The position numbers and the translations under genes were made by a program. Positions 50,501-64,000 of a stretch of DNA of 64,000 bases are shown piece after piece (position 1 is the first letter of the stretch; each line of letters opens with the position of its first letter). The DNA is from Balanoglossus misakiensis (lineage: Eukaryota > Animalia > Hemichordata), in assembly GCA_040954595.2 (NCBI GenBank), contig CM082577.2, forward strand, positions 8,147,846-8,211,845, given 5' to 3'. The notes below the pieces were generated by a model. That model saw only the letters and a list, made by a program, of their open reading frames with translations. It did no database searches and was not told where the DNA came from.

Positions 50501-52258
50501 ATCATTGTACAGACAGACCAGGCTTGTCACAACTGCGCATGTTCCACATTCTTGCAGTGAAGTTATAATTTAACCCACTTAACGCCTTTGACGTCCTAAT
50601 TACCAGGTGAATCTACAAAAGGCTACAACCATCCCAACATTAATGAAGTACCACATCACTAAATATTACAGTTTAAAACTGGAAACACCGTTCATTTCTT
50701 CTAAGAGTACCGAAAAGGAGTGAAATAGTAAAACTTGATTCGTAAATTTTACAATGTAAAATATTAATAGATAGCTGATCTTGGACAGATAAATTTGATT
50801 ATACAGCATAAATCTTATACACTATTTATTTGACGAATTCAAACTTTAAAGATCGATACGGTTGGATAGTAGTAACCGCTTCATACATTAATTTTAAATG
50901 CTACGAATATTGCTTAGTACTGGATATGACTTCGAGAAGAATAGTCTTTAATAATTTATTAGATTTTAGTTGATGACGGTGAAGATTGATTCAGATAATT
51001 TTTATATTCTGTGCCACTAAGGGTCGGTTGAAGAACGGTACGAAGGATTATAGTTGATGAGGATTGAATTCGGATAAAGGAGGCAGCGAGCGAGCGAAAC
51101 AAACATCCCCTGTCTCGGGAACGCAGATGACTGCTTACTTCCAAAATTACCAGTAGTCCACTACGCTGTCCGTAACAGTGCTTCGTTAGTAAATACCATT
51201 ACCCTAGCCAAGTCCTCGTCATTCGTGATTCTCTTTGTAAATCAGTGTTTATCGGCTTAAAATAATCCCTAAGACGTGGCAGCATTATCCAAAGTCTGAG
51301 AGTTCCAACAGCTCCTAAATCATCAACTTTCTTATTGCATAGCTTCTTTTTGTGTTCAATTACAGTGTAAATTTTAGTATATACCGGAAATTAGAGAATT
51401 CACGATCAGGAACTACCGGTTTATAGTCTTTTCTGCGCGCAGCATACAGTATGTGGGCCAAACCGAAAACATTGACTTCAGTTCTTTTGCCTACACAAAC
51501 TGCCTTCATTGTTTTCTAACTTCAAATCTACCCAGAATTATGTGCATAAGATCGAAGTTTGAAACAAGTATCATGGTATAGCAATGACGCTTGTGTGTCA
51601 TAAAGTTGTACATTTGATAATCTATACTAATCTACCGAAAAATATGCAAGGGTTTACCAATATCACAATGAAATCAATCAAATGAAACGCGATTTTGATA
51701 GGTGTATAGAAGACCACGGGTTGGCTGCCCCACTCACTGAAAAAGCTAAGGATTACCAGGACCGTAAATCGACAGACAGCTGCAAACGTTGAGAAAGCGC
51801 TAAAATTCAAGTTGGCTTTTTCGTGTCTCAGGCTGACAAGCTGGGCTTCTAATACAAGCCGCATACACTGAAATTATAGCTAGTTATCACCTGCAACAGT
51901 AATTATCTGAATAAGAAAACTGTACGTGTGTTTTTCTACATGTTACAGACTGGATAGGTCCGTTAGAGGGCGATGTTTTGCGACTGGTATAAACCAGGCA
52001 CCAGCAACACAGCAATTTTTGTGCCGCCTATCAGAAATGTTTTAAAATCCATACACAGGTTGTAAAAAGTACAATAAAAACTACACAAAATTTCAAATTT
52101 AGCACGGAAATTATTAATTTGACACGGGCTGACTCTAAAATAGGTTCTGACCACTGAGCGCGCAGTGGAGTTAAAAATAGAATTGAATACGAAACGCAAT
52201 TATGATTTCTGGCAGTCGTTTGTGCTTACAACACATACAAACAATTTCAGAAGGAATG

Positions 52259-52846
52259 TTACACAATTTCAGTCTGAGATAAACTGTTAGTGCTGGTTTT
52301 ACTCGTTCGTTTTCCTTCGGTCAGATCCGCTGAGCTGCTTTTCTTGCCCGTCGCCGCTGACGTCAGAGGTTTGTCCTCTCTGGTATCGATGACGTCGTGT
52401 ATATCGTCCTCTTCGTTCGCGTCGTCGTTGGCGGCGCTCTTCCTGTCGGCGGCCTCGTTCACAGTCGTGGCCGTCATCATCGGTTCGTCTTGTTCGTTCA
52501 ACTTTTTGAATTCGTTTTTCTGTATGGGGCGTCTGACGATCGGCTTGCTGTGGTACTTGTTATTCTTGTTTTGGTTCTTCTTCTTCTTCTTTCGGCAGCA
52601 GAACATGGAGAGTGACAACGAAAGCGCAACAACCCCTAACACGACGATGAGCGTCCCCAAGATCCCGACAAGGTGACCCTCGTGTCCGACTATTCCGACG
52701 ATCATCATGATCGCGCCGGCGACGACGCAAAATATACCCGTCAGTAGAAAGGCGCATATTTTCGTCTTGATTTTGTGACCACAAACTTTGGGTTCCTCAA
52801 TGTAAGTGTCAATAGCACTTCTTGTAAGAGAGCCTTCCTCATCCAT
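52259..52846 (-). CDS. Two-TM hairpin membrane protein (195 aa) with a CC-polybasic juxtamembrane motif and acidic tail, uncharacterised
   Basis: Single coding exon behind an acceptor near 52924. TM1 ICAFLLTGIFCVVAGAIMMIVGIV and TM2 LVGILGTLIVVLGVVALSLSLSMF are followed by CCRKKKKK. GC-rich codon usage; candidate poly(A) signal at 49919-49924 (-). Confidence 0.78.
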   Translation of the reverse strand: MDEEGSLTRSAIDTYIEEPKVCGHKIKTKICAFLLTGIFCVVAGAIMMIVGIVGHEGHLVGILGTLIVVLGVVALSLSLSMFCCRKKKKKNQNKNNKYHSKPIVRRPIQKNEFKKLNEQDEPMMTATTVNEAADRKSAANDDANEEDDIHDVIDTREDKPLTSAATGKKSSSADLTEGKRTSKTSTNSLSQTEIV

Positions 52847-53551
52847 TGTGATAGTGACGTCACCTCACCTCGCGCCGGATTGTTCCGTCACTTGCTTGAC
52901 TGAGTCGAAGATGTTGTATTCTCCTGAAAAAAAAATACAACGCAAAATAGAGTTATGGAAAGTTGAATGGCAAGAGGACGTAAATAAATGAAAATATTTA
53001 TTTTAACGTTTTGCTCTGCTACTTGACTGTATAAGTCAAGAAAGAGTCACGAAACGGCGATTTGTGATTGTAACATCGTGAATGTGGAAATGCGATATTC
53101 GGTTAGTACCATGCCAAGAGAGTAATCGATCGTGTTGCAATCGAAATTCGCGTTCTCTCCAGTCTGCTAGCGCCACACTCATGAGAGAAATAAACTATTC
53201 TGTATCAAGAAATGTGAAAGCAACCAGGTCACAAAACATTTTAGTCATTTATCGTCGTGACAGTCGTAGAGGAGTTAACCCATTACTGTCTGCGAATTTC
53301 AGGAACTAGAACAATTTGAATGTATGACTGTGGGCAACGTGTATATAAAGTTACACAGTTCACCATCAATTGAGAGCGAGAGTTCCGCTTCCTGGCAGAG
53401 AATTAGTGAAATGAACCCGAAATAAAGAAAGCGATACACGATGGATGTCTCCCGTCGAAATGTTCGAGTTTCGTGAAATGGGAAGATCCACCACCCCCTT
53501 TCGTCATTCCGAATTACAGTCAATATGATTCTATCAAAAGTAATGTTTAAT

Positions 53552-54722
53552 AATATAGCTGCAAGCAGCGATGACGGGCCCAAGCTTAAGCCGAAGGTCA
53601 AAGGTCATAAGTGGTCACCTAATATTTGGGCAAGAAATTTTGACCCCATACTGGTCCATGTCCCACAAGAACAAAATCTCTAGCCCAATTGGTTCGCCTA
53701 CAATTAGGTATGCGCATAATTAATGAGGTAAAGTGTAAGGCTCCATCAGGAGTTCCATCCCTCCAAATGCCAAGGCTGTATCTGCTGTGGAAGCGGAGAT
53801 ATAGGAAAGTAGGTCAAAGGTCACCTGAGGTCACCCAAAATTTGGGCAAGAAATTTTGACCCTATACTGGTCCATGTTCAACAAAAACCAAACCTATAAC
53901 CCTATTGGTTGGCCTGGAATTAGGTATGCACATAATTAATGAGATAAGCAGGTGTCACACGTGACCCCCAATTTTGGCTTTTAAATTTTAGTCCCAACCC
54001 TCCAAACGCCAAGTCTGTACCTTCTCTGGATGCCGAGATATAGGAAAGTAGGTCAAAGGTCACCTGAGGTCACCCAAAATTTGGGCAATTTTTTTTTACC
54101 CTATACTGGTCCATGTCCCACAAGCACAAAACCTCTAGCCCTATTAGTTAGCCCAGAATTAGGTATGCACATAATTAATGAGTTAAGCAGGTGTTACAGG
54201 TGAGCCCAAAATTTTGCCTTTTATTTTGGTCCCATTTTGCTCACGGGCCAATAGAGAGTCACAGTACAGGACCATTGCACAGATGTGGACATAGCATCAT
54301 AGCTTAACTATAGAAAGTATAGGCCTATGGCTGGGTCCAAAAAATATGAAATATAATATTTACAAATCTTCTTCTCAAAATTGACTTGGCCCAGAGCCTT
54401 GAAATTTGGCATGTAGGACACTGACCATATGGTCCGCAAAAACATTTCACAGAATTTTGATATCGTCATTCATATACAAATTAGGCCCATTTGAAAACTT
54501 TGCCCATATATGGTCATCAGGTCATGTGACTAATTACACATTCACGAGGGTACTGCACGAGCTCTCATAGACCTGCACCATTGTGCCAAGTTTGAGATTC
54601 GTAGCTTCAGCCGTTTCGAAGATCCTAGTTGGCAAAAAAACTGCACAAGAAAAAGAAGTAGAAGAAAAAACAGGGTAAAACCAATAGGGCACAAGCGCCT
54701 GAGGGCGCTTGTGCCCTAATAA
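53552..54722 (-). mobile_element. Non-autonomous Helentron/DINE-1-like (HINE) element with internal tandem repeats
   Basis: Perfect 15-bp stem tagggcacaagcgcc-tgag-ggcgcttgtgcccta (54685-54718) with an adjacent GAA-rich tract. Matching subTIR gggcccaagc (53576-53585) and short hairpin gctgcaagcagc (53558-53569) at the other end. Three ~216-239-bp internal repeats start at 53595, 53811 and 54050. AT-rich insertion site, no TSD. Confidence 0.75.
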
Positions 54723-55171
54723 CACACAGCAGGCAAAGGCGTGTCTGAGAATATAGAGCCTGACATTCACTTGGGGATTAAATAAATGAGACTTTGAAAA
54801 CGCTACAACCTGTGGCAGTGAGCGAATCAATACATTTATTCACTGTTCCAGACATCGTACGACTCCATGGTTACGTTAATCGCCGGAAGGTAACTGATTC
54901 TTTCTCCAGAACAGCGGGATGTCGAGCCCTTTGCCGTAACTCAGTACTTTGAAGATTCTAAATGGGTTCCGATTGATTTCTCTCATAAAACTTCATGCGA
55001 TTTTGATTTTTTGTGTCCATAAGGTAGAAATTCTAATGTCCATCACAGAATACTATCTTCATCATAGTTTTCACTATAGTTATTTTGAACTCCCCTTGAC
55101 CAATAATAATAGCCGTTGTCATGAAGCCTTTCCATGTGTCACCTTTAAAACCGTATCTGCGCTCGCTCAGC

Positions 55172-55225
55172 CTCGAACGGGTTGCTATGCCAACTCCTAC
55201 GAACGGGTTGCTATGCCAACTCCTC
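55172..55225. repeat. Short tandem duplication (2 copies of gaacgggttgctatgccaactcct)
   Basis: Direct repeat seen at ~55175 and 55201. Confidence 0.7.
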
Positions 55226-58200
55226 AGATTCCGTTGCACTAATCGCAACACAAAAAGTCGTACTCTAGATTGAATTTGACCCCGTAATCGATATGTTTAG
55301 CGATTACATCTTTCTAATATTAAAGTTGATATAAAAACGTAATTCGGCTGTTTCGGATTTGACTGCTCACTTGCCTGAACGCTGGTTTAAGTATTTAGCG
55401 CTGATATGAAAATATTCAACTGGCAGAGATAATGACGATATTAACCCTTAATATATGGAAAGCTGTTGGCACCTGCATCACATCGTACTCTGAAGATATT
55501 TTCCTTTCAAAAGAGCGCCAGATGACGGTAATCGTAGTTTTAAATGGGCGGTAGGGGTAATGTTTGGTAAAGAAATGTATACAACAGTAAAAATAGCAAA
55601 ACACGATACATGTAAAACGTACAAAAAGATGGGAAGATAACAAAAAATGAACGGATTGTCGAATATTACAAAGGATGCAAATTGATCATAGATTAACAGA
55701 GCGCACTGCCTCTAATATTTGAAAGGCTCGGTTATATTTTGAATATTCGGTTCCTGATATGGGGAAATTGTTCGCACGAGACCAGGGCGAAGATAATTAC
55801 AGATCACATTCCATATCCAGGGTTTTTCTGAACCCTGTGCACGAAAACGCAGCAAAACGCGTCTTGCATATCAAAGGCGACAGTTGGTCTGATCCAGCTA
55901 TGATGTCATCACTGGCTAAGTGACCATGTGATTATCAACATCACGTCGTCCCTTGATATTCCAATCGCCTCACAAACTGCTACCAATTAGAGTGTTGACA
56001 TTCCTTACTAAAAACAACACATTATGACGAACAGTAGAATGGTGGTTCCTCCATACAGCTTGGATATTCGCGAGGTTAAATTTTTACAAGTCCAATAAGG
56101 AATTCTCAATATTAGCCTTTTATTTCAACATTTGACTACCATCGTTGAATCGCACGGGTCGTTAGCTCGACCATAGTCTCCCTATCATACTTTGAACGTT
56201 TCTCGCCTGAGTTCACGGGCAGATAATAACTAGAGTAGCGTCACAGATTTCAACGTTTTTCGAGTCAGATAATGGGGCCATCCAATCCTCGGATTCTAGA
56301 ACACCGAATATGCGTTGTTTAATGTCAACAGTTATTGCCGTCCTCTGAAAAAGGAGTAGCCGCAGTTAATCCACATACAAGCAGTAACTTGAGTTATTTA
56401 TTAATATGATAACCATGATATCTGTAATCATTGACAACGGGCGGAATAATAATTAATTGTCGTTACAGTGCACTGGGTTGAACGCCCAATCTATTTACCA
56501 ATAGAAGCCCAGAATGCCATGTAAACGGCCAGACTGAAGCGACCCTCAGTAATGCTGTCACTGCTTCTCTTCTAGGGTGTATCCAGTTGCTTTATAGTGT
56601 AAACCATAGACAGACTATGCATAAACGCATCTCTGTGTAGCGTCATAGCTCTAAGTTCGGAATCTCTCGATTTGCAAGTAGCCCCCGGGCCCTCCTCAAG
56701 ACATTGAATCACAATTCTTTGCAACGCAGCGACCGTCAAAAATCTATACAACACGAACAAAGTTGATGTGTCCGTGTGTGTGTCACTCTGATCACCTTAT
56801 TAATGATCAGATCACCTATCAATAAACCATTATTATTAATACCGATACTTATGTTTTTTGCCAATTCAGCAACTCATTTTTTTTCGTGCGACAAGAGCTG
56901 TCAAATACAAAATACATGTACATGTATAACCTCGCAATCAAATAATATTTCAACCGTGGGCACATTCCTAGTTTGAACTTTCTACTCCTGGGGCAAATGG
57001 ATCGTCGGGGGCTTTTAGTGCCGACCAGGCGCGATGTCAATGACGCAGACGTAACTACGTGTCCAGTTACAGGAGTCCGTCCTTCAACGCGTCTCCGCGT
57101 TCGTTCACTGCAATTATGAAAACTACAGTACGCGATTATACAGCGTCCTCCGCTGAAACGCAAGACCCGCGCATAGATAGCAATATTCGCTATATCACGA
57201 GGTACTGTGAGTAGGCAGCAGTGGCGAGAATTGATTGAAGACCCGAATTGTTGCACTGCAGTTTAAAACGGAAAGACTATTGGTATTGAACCCTTGTTAT
57301 TGTTGAAGACAATTCACGTTGACCTACTAATGTGTGACTGCCTGTGTAAATAGTGAAGTGTTAAACATAAACCGTTAATAGATTAGGTTTATGTGTAAAT
57401 GGCGATTCCTGTGTACGTTTTGCTTGGTTGATGCCAACCATCAATTACCGAAGTCGGCAGGGGCTCTGTCACTTCGAACAGTTTCCGACTTGGTATATAC
57501 ACGTGGTGATAATGTACGGGAGAGAGCTTTTCAGAGACCCTTGAACGGACCCCAAGCATCACAGCGAAACAAAAATCAACAAATATGGCTTCGTTTCAAA
57601 CGATCATGGATCGAGATTAATACGTGATATATTTGGGGTGTCTGTATAAATAATGGCTTGAATTTACCTGCTTCACGGCAAGTCCCCTGTCCTTCGGCTT
57701 TCGAAGTCTACTGTGGCTGCCCGTCCGTTGTGTGGGTAGGCCTATTGGTTTTCAAGCGACGCGACGACTGACTTCAGTGCCACAGGAAACAAGAACGGAT
57801 TTCGACGAGCGGCAGTTTTAGTCACCCTTCCTGTCCGAAGGGAATCCATAAACAAAAGAACATCATGGTCTGAGACACAAACTCGCTCACACGTCGTTCA
57901 TATAGCGCGTACCCTGATCAGCGCCCTATGCACTTTATACACATATGATGCGCTATCACCACACCTTTGCGCGCTTGCAATACAATGACGTCATTGTTTG
58001 CGGCCTCTCTATTAGAAGACCCCCTAACTTACTAAACATGACTTCCAGTGGTCTATGGCAGTGTACAGTGACACTTCACGCTACCTCCGTGATTGAACCG
58101 TATAATTGAACTGAATATAGTGGTAGTACTGAAAATAAAAGATAAATGTCGAAGTCCCGTTTTGTACTGCTGCAGTAAGATCAACAGCATCGGGGAACGT

Positions 58201-61200
58201 AATCAGTAACCGCCCCACAAACTATAACGCATTACACGCAAAATTGGCAAATGAATGTTGTAATAGTCTCGAAACAACTTTGGTGGCGCTGCGGAGAACA
58301 TGCAGGTAATAATATAATAGCTGTCTATGGTGTTGCGCCGGGGGGGGGGGTGTTCCTCTATCTCTGTGCGACCCCTTCACTATCTCAGTCTGGTTCCCTC
58401 AGTGACCCGTATGATAAGGAAATACGAGTCAGGGGAACCAGACTACTAGTATCTCCGATCGCAATAACAGACAACGGAACTCCGGACAGGATGCGTAACT
58501 TCGAGGTTACAATATCTCACACAGGGTCATTTCAACTCAGAAAGTATGAGGCCGTGGGTAATTACATGTAAATGACGCGTGTATACAGTGGACGAGATTT
58601 CTTTGACTTTAATAAAGGTGGATGAAGTCTCTTTTCTTCTGTGTATGGGTAATGAGTAAATTCGCATTCACGTTTACACGAGTGCCGAGCCAACATACGT
58701 ATTTCTCTGCCGTTATGGTCAGTAAATATTACAATATTAATGGACATCGATCCCGTTTCAATTTTTTTTCTCTTCATATTGGGTTTGAACAAATTCATCT
58801 TTGTTCAGGGGCGACGATATATAAAAGCTTGAGGTCAACCTCAAGTGTGTTTTGATTATCCATGGCCAGTGTCCTGAACGCATGGTATGGTGTGGTCACA
58901 GAAGTAGGGGTAAATGCTATTACCAAAATGTATAAATTGTACCGGGTACTCGGTTGTTCCCACAAAAGTTTTGCATAAGCGATTTATCATGCATGCAGGT
59001 ACGCCCATGGTTTATCATCAATCGAGGATTTTATATTTGAGCACCAAAACTTGTTCTGCTGTTCAACGAAACACCTTCGATGATACGTACGTGTATACCC
59101 GACCTTCGCGAAGGAAGGCCGAAATATGGTTTCAAAGGCAACGCGTCGAGGTCGATATTGTACCAGTGACAATCGGGTTTACCGAGGGATTTAGTCTCGG
59201 TCTCTACTGCGATGGTTGTGTCATTGATGTGATGGTACGTCCATGGCCGGATGCGGGTAATTGGCCTAAAGTGGTTTAGAAGTTTCTGTGCATTGGTGTA
59301 TACTATTCAACAATATTATAACATTGCCGGGTGCATGTACGTCTGAATAATGCGGTACAAAAGCGTGAACACTGCAGAGAGCAAGCATTTCGTCACGCCA
59401 TCAACCACTGCAGCGTAAATATGACATCATATTCACAGCACGTTCCAAAATGACACACGGTCACCACAACACAGCGGACCCGTTCTTTTGCCTTGAACAC
59501 GGCGACCGTGTTTTGAAATACGACAAAGTCGAACCTAATTCTCAAGCAGAGTAGTGAACGTGCTTTACCTGTCGTGTGACGGACTCCTCATTCCCAGTTC
59601 CACCCTGAATGCGAACTATCCCGTCGGTTTTATTCATCAACGATCGTAACTGAACAGAGAGCTGTTGTACATCCGCCGCCGACGTTTACGCATGGTCTGA
59701 GTGATTCATTCTTTGTTGTCTGCGTTCTATTGTTCCGCGCCCGGAATATTATCACTATTACGTCATACGCTTGCCATTCCATCTATTATTAGAGAGAGTT
59801 GAGCACGTTCGGGAGAACAATAGACTGATTTTTTAACTACTTGAAGAGCGCCCTCCTACTTCATTAAAAAAAACAAAAGCTACAATGTGTTTGCAATGCT
59901 TTTTATTCGACATTGTCTCCATGATAATCGGTATCAAAATAACTGGAAAGTTTTGGAGTAGTGTCTTGACACAAGAAAATAAAAACAGCGGCTTCCACCA
60001 CAAAGGAAGACATTAATCAAACTGTTTGAAATTCACCGTCTTTTTCCAAAATGGAGGCGTTAAAAAATACTATTACCAACATCACACAGTCACACACGCA
60101 CACGTACGTACAAGCCTACATTTCTTATTCTTCACAAAAATACAAATATTAATGTACACCCCATTGCGAAGAGTTAAAAACATAAACGCACAAAGGATAA
60201 TTGACTATCGAAATGTCGCGTGGAAGCAGATCAGAGAACCCGTTTCAGCGACTTCCTTATACAGCGCCCTCACCGTTGACCACTCCAATGCAACGTTGGA
60301 AGTGACGACAGTCAAGTTAGATTGTGTCCACAGCTTCATGCGTCATCAAGCATTAGAGCAACGCTAAATAAGCAACTTGTATCCCTGTTAATGTTATTCT
60401 TGCACAAAGTATGCGCGGTCTTTTGTTGTTAGAGTGTGTGTTTCAAATGCGGTATTGCGGCTACGTGCGTTGGTTTTATATTCTAGACTTGCAGACGGTT
60501 GGACAACGCCTTAATAATATCCACCAACAAAGTTGAGACCAGTGCAAATGTTATTACAGTGCCATCTGTTCATTACGTCCATTGGCAGTGTTTGGAGAGA
60601 TCACAAGACAAAGGATCGGTTTCAAAGTACAGTCTCTTCGTTGTAGGTTGGTTGACATCAAAGATACAGAGTTGGAGTGATGACGCCTTGTCGTCGGTTT
60701 GGCACGTGATGGCCAATATCCGGCAGTACCCGAAGCACACATTTCGGGGGAAACGACGTTTTCTTCCTTTTATAAACACGTCACATTGCAGCAAATTTAC
60801 GGCAGAACGTGTTTGTATCTTTAAGAGACCAGTGACAATAATGGCACATCGTTCCTCGCGTCTCGGACAAGAACACTAAAATACCCAAAAATGGTATTTG
60901 CATATAAAATAGCGAGACTTGCTTGTTGTCCACCATGTTTTTGTGTCGGTGACGTCAGAATTTTCGCCGTCGGCCGAGATGTAGGGGAGGGGATAAAGCT
61001 TTGCTGTTGACGACAATAAACGTGGACCATGCGTGCACCGCAAACCTCTAACGAAATCAAAAGTCAAATTGAAAGTTTCCATATTGCGGGGATTGTTGGA
61101 GAAACTGCCTTCTTTGTCCAGTCACGTGATATCATACGTGAATCTGCTGGCGTGGTACAAATCAAAGTTAGACTCATTGAGGTACTTGATATTTAATACC

Positions 61201-61316
61201 AACTCCAAAGGCAGTAACTTCGTCAGTCGGGGACTGAAAAGCGGTTGATTACATGAGTTTGAAGCGTCATCTTTCGCATATAGTCTGCTGTGCAGAGAAG
61301 CGCCGACTCGAACTCA

Positions 61317-61524
61317 CTACACCCGTGTTCCGCACACTTCTTCGTAGGACGGAGGAGGATCCGCGTTATTGGCACATTCGTTGTCACTCGCCTCGTCGGC
61401 GTCGGCCTCGATGTCGTCGGAGAAATCCAAATCGGTCTCGGTCAGCTGATCCAACGGCGAGTGCACGTTGATCCTGACTGACTGGCCCGAGTCCAGGGAC
61501 CTCCTCCCTCGCCGCCCGCTGAAT
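61317..61524 (-). CDS. Terminal coding exon of an unidentified gene (cytoplasmic tail with PPxY and C-terminal -TRV); upstream exons not found in the window
   Basis: After acceptor ttcaccgacag (phase 2): FSGRRGRRSLDSGQSVRINVHSPLDQLTETDLDFSDDIEADADEASDNECANNADPPPSYEEVCGTRV*. GC-rich island; candidate poly(A) signal at 59902-59907 (-). This frame is not listed in the ORF track. Confidence 0.7.
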
Positions 61525-63258
61525 CTGTCGGTGAAATAGACAACGATGGGAATTTGACAAACTGGACATGTTTATCGTCAAAGTCAATTGTGCAATTAAT
61601 GATGGACGACATCAAGCATGTAAATCGAGTCACTGTTAACAGTGCCAAATAATGAAGAGAAATTATACATACAGCAAACGTGTTGCATACAGTCATATAT
61701 CTTTAACAAACGTTACAAGACAGAAACTTGATTAACTACCTAGGCCAGGGATCCTGTGATTTTTGCAATGTCGAGTTCACAATCCACTTACATGTAAATA
61801 CATGTACTACTGAACTTTTTTTCAGTGGACAAATCTATATCTTCAGTAGAATTGGTGTGTCTATACACAGGGTGTGCGCTGACATACCGTTGTTTTACTA
61901 AGTGACTTAATTTCTGGCACATACCATAAACGATGTCCGCTGAAGACCCCTTACCCACAGCGCGTCGACCTAGCTTTCTCTCACATATCAAATAAATTAA
62001 GTTATACAGATGGAGCATCGTCTGCACTGTGTCTGAACAGGGTGTTCCGATCCCCGTTTCCATTTTCTCTCGTCTCCAAAGAAATTCTATCGTTTCTTGA
62101 TTCTATCATCGTCTCTTCGACGTCAAGTGGTCAAACAGAGAGAAACATACCATATCAACATACCATATCATGCACCGAGAAGAAGCGCGCGCTCCGTGTC
62201 ATACGCGATTGATACCACGCAGTGAATGAAACGAGCAACACTTGAAATCAAACATGAGCTCCGGGACTCGTCTTGCTGTGGTACACGGTAAGGTCAATTC
62301 CGTCCCACGGGTCGCCTTGCTCGCCAGGGATGGAAATGAACACCAATTATAAATTATAGAGATCTTGTGTGCATCCAGCGCGGAGCTTATTACCAACGCC
62401 GTGACGGAATGCGCCCAAATTGATAGTGTTAGCGATCACCTCGATCAGTATCGCTCTACTTCTATATCAGCAGATCTTTCTTGTGGGTGGTTTCGCGCGG
62501 CGCAATACAGTACAAAATACGAGGTGTACACACAGGCGCATACATAGAAACATAGATACATCGATCATACACACCCACACTCACTCACTCATTCAATGAA
62601 TTCGTCAGTGATTCACTCTCACTGGTGGCGTAAGAGATCTTATTTTCACAGTCATAGTGTTCCGTCTTGATGATTTTTTACGCGTTCCGCTTTCCCGACA
62701 CTAGTACGTGAATCGATTTTTAAAATCGGATACTTCTATCTGAGGAATCGTAAATAATACTGCCAAGAATGGCGACGGGGATTTGTTTGAGCATTGAATA
62801 ATGAAATCCTGGTAAGAACAAGCTCGGGTAATTATCAGACCAATAAATATTCTTGCAAAAATAAAATATGAAAAATTGTGCTTCCATCACCTACTACGCA
62901 CAAATCAAAATGTGAACAAATGACAATATACGTTATTCCAAATTCCCCGCGACATTGATGAAGTGATGTGGAATGGAATAATTAATGAATGAATGTTCCA
63001 TTTCCGTGATCATGCATGAAATCCGAAAGCTTCCAACCGAATATTGTTTTTCATATATCTTCAATCTGCTGATATTTATTTACTACGTATGTTATTGACA
63101 GGTATTGCAATGCAGCCGTCATTTATCTTTTAAAAATAACATCATGTTTCAATTGAATGACTCATCTGGATGTATGTCCGAAAATAATGCATTCTCTGCC
63201 TATCTTTATCTTTAATCTCTGTCTCTCCCCCTCTTTTTGATGTCATGTATCTGCAGCA

Positions 63259-63363
63259 CATAACATAACATAACATAACATAACATAACATAACATAATT
63301 AAACATAACATAACATAACATAACATAACATAACATAACATAACATAACATAACATAACATAA
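63259..63363. repeat. (CATAA)n microsatellite
   Basis: About 20 tandem cataa units. Confidence 0.95.
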
Positions 63364-64000
63364 TAGAGAGAGAACAAACAATAAAACGTCGCACCTCAAT
63401 CGCCACTTCCACTTGATGAACCCCGAAACTCGTCAGAAGCGCACGAATGCGATGCAAAGAAGAACTCATTTGTATTGTAAAGTGAGTTTCCTTCTTATCT
63501 TGGGTATGTTGATTTTACTGAAAAGCCTACCTGGTAATTACATTACGTAGCAAAAGAACGTGCGATACTTGCAAAGATATGACCAGAAATCTAACTTCGG
63601 ACCGTTTTGACGTCAGATTTGGGTTTTCTTAAACATGAACATCACTGTTTGGCGGACAGTTCCCTGGTTTGAATTATATCACATGACTCAGAACAGTGAA
63701 TAAGAAAAAAACGGTTTGAACAGACAATCGACCACCTGACCTACTTAACCCTGCTGCGGAAAGCTTGCTCATCAAACGAACATTAAAGCTTCCTCGGGAT
63801 AATTATATTCGATTTCTGGTTTTCATCAGATCTCGTGTTCCAAATTGCAAATGCAGAAAATAACATGTGATCTTTGTACCGACGGATCTCATCTGACGAT
63901 CATAGAGTCGACGTGAGAAAGCGTGTTTTTTAATGAGCCCTCATTAAGTTAATGACGTGAATGAAATTATATATCACAAGATCCTTTGTGAACTGGACAT

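Noticed and set aside
54800-61200. Numerous 60-135-aa ORFs
   Set aside because: No recognisable domains or exon chains. Probably intron/UTR/intergenic sequence; only isolated minus-strand donors (~57666, ~59566) that may belong to 5' UTR exons.

Overview
Intron-rich, AT-rich eukaryotic (invertebrate animal, probably a non-vertebrate deuterostome; inferred) genomic window. From left to right: (1) the 3' half of HELQ (+), with a two-exon angiopoietin/fibrinogen-related gene (-) nested in an upstream intron; (2) an unusual (-) gene that appears to fuse a ZAD-like C4 zinc module, a poly-Pro stretch and a basic NLS to the coil-2 exons of a lamin/intermediate-filament gene, keeping lamin-like intron positions; (3) a single-pass receptor-like gene (+) with 8-Cys EGF modules, one split by a glycosylation-sequon repeat; (4) a ~7.5 kb array of an 87-bp dyad-rich satellite; (5) a 24-coding-exon delphilin (GRID2IP) PDZ-formin (-) with a U12-type intron, head-to-head with ZDHHC4 (+); (6) small two-TM orphan genes and a PPxY/PDZ-tailed terminal exon (-). 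Several MITEs, a Helentron-like non-autonomous element and microsatellites are also present. Exon models were built by hand from splice signals and frame continuity. Homology calls rely on remembered reference sequences, not on database searches.
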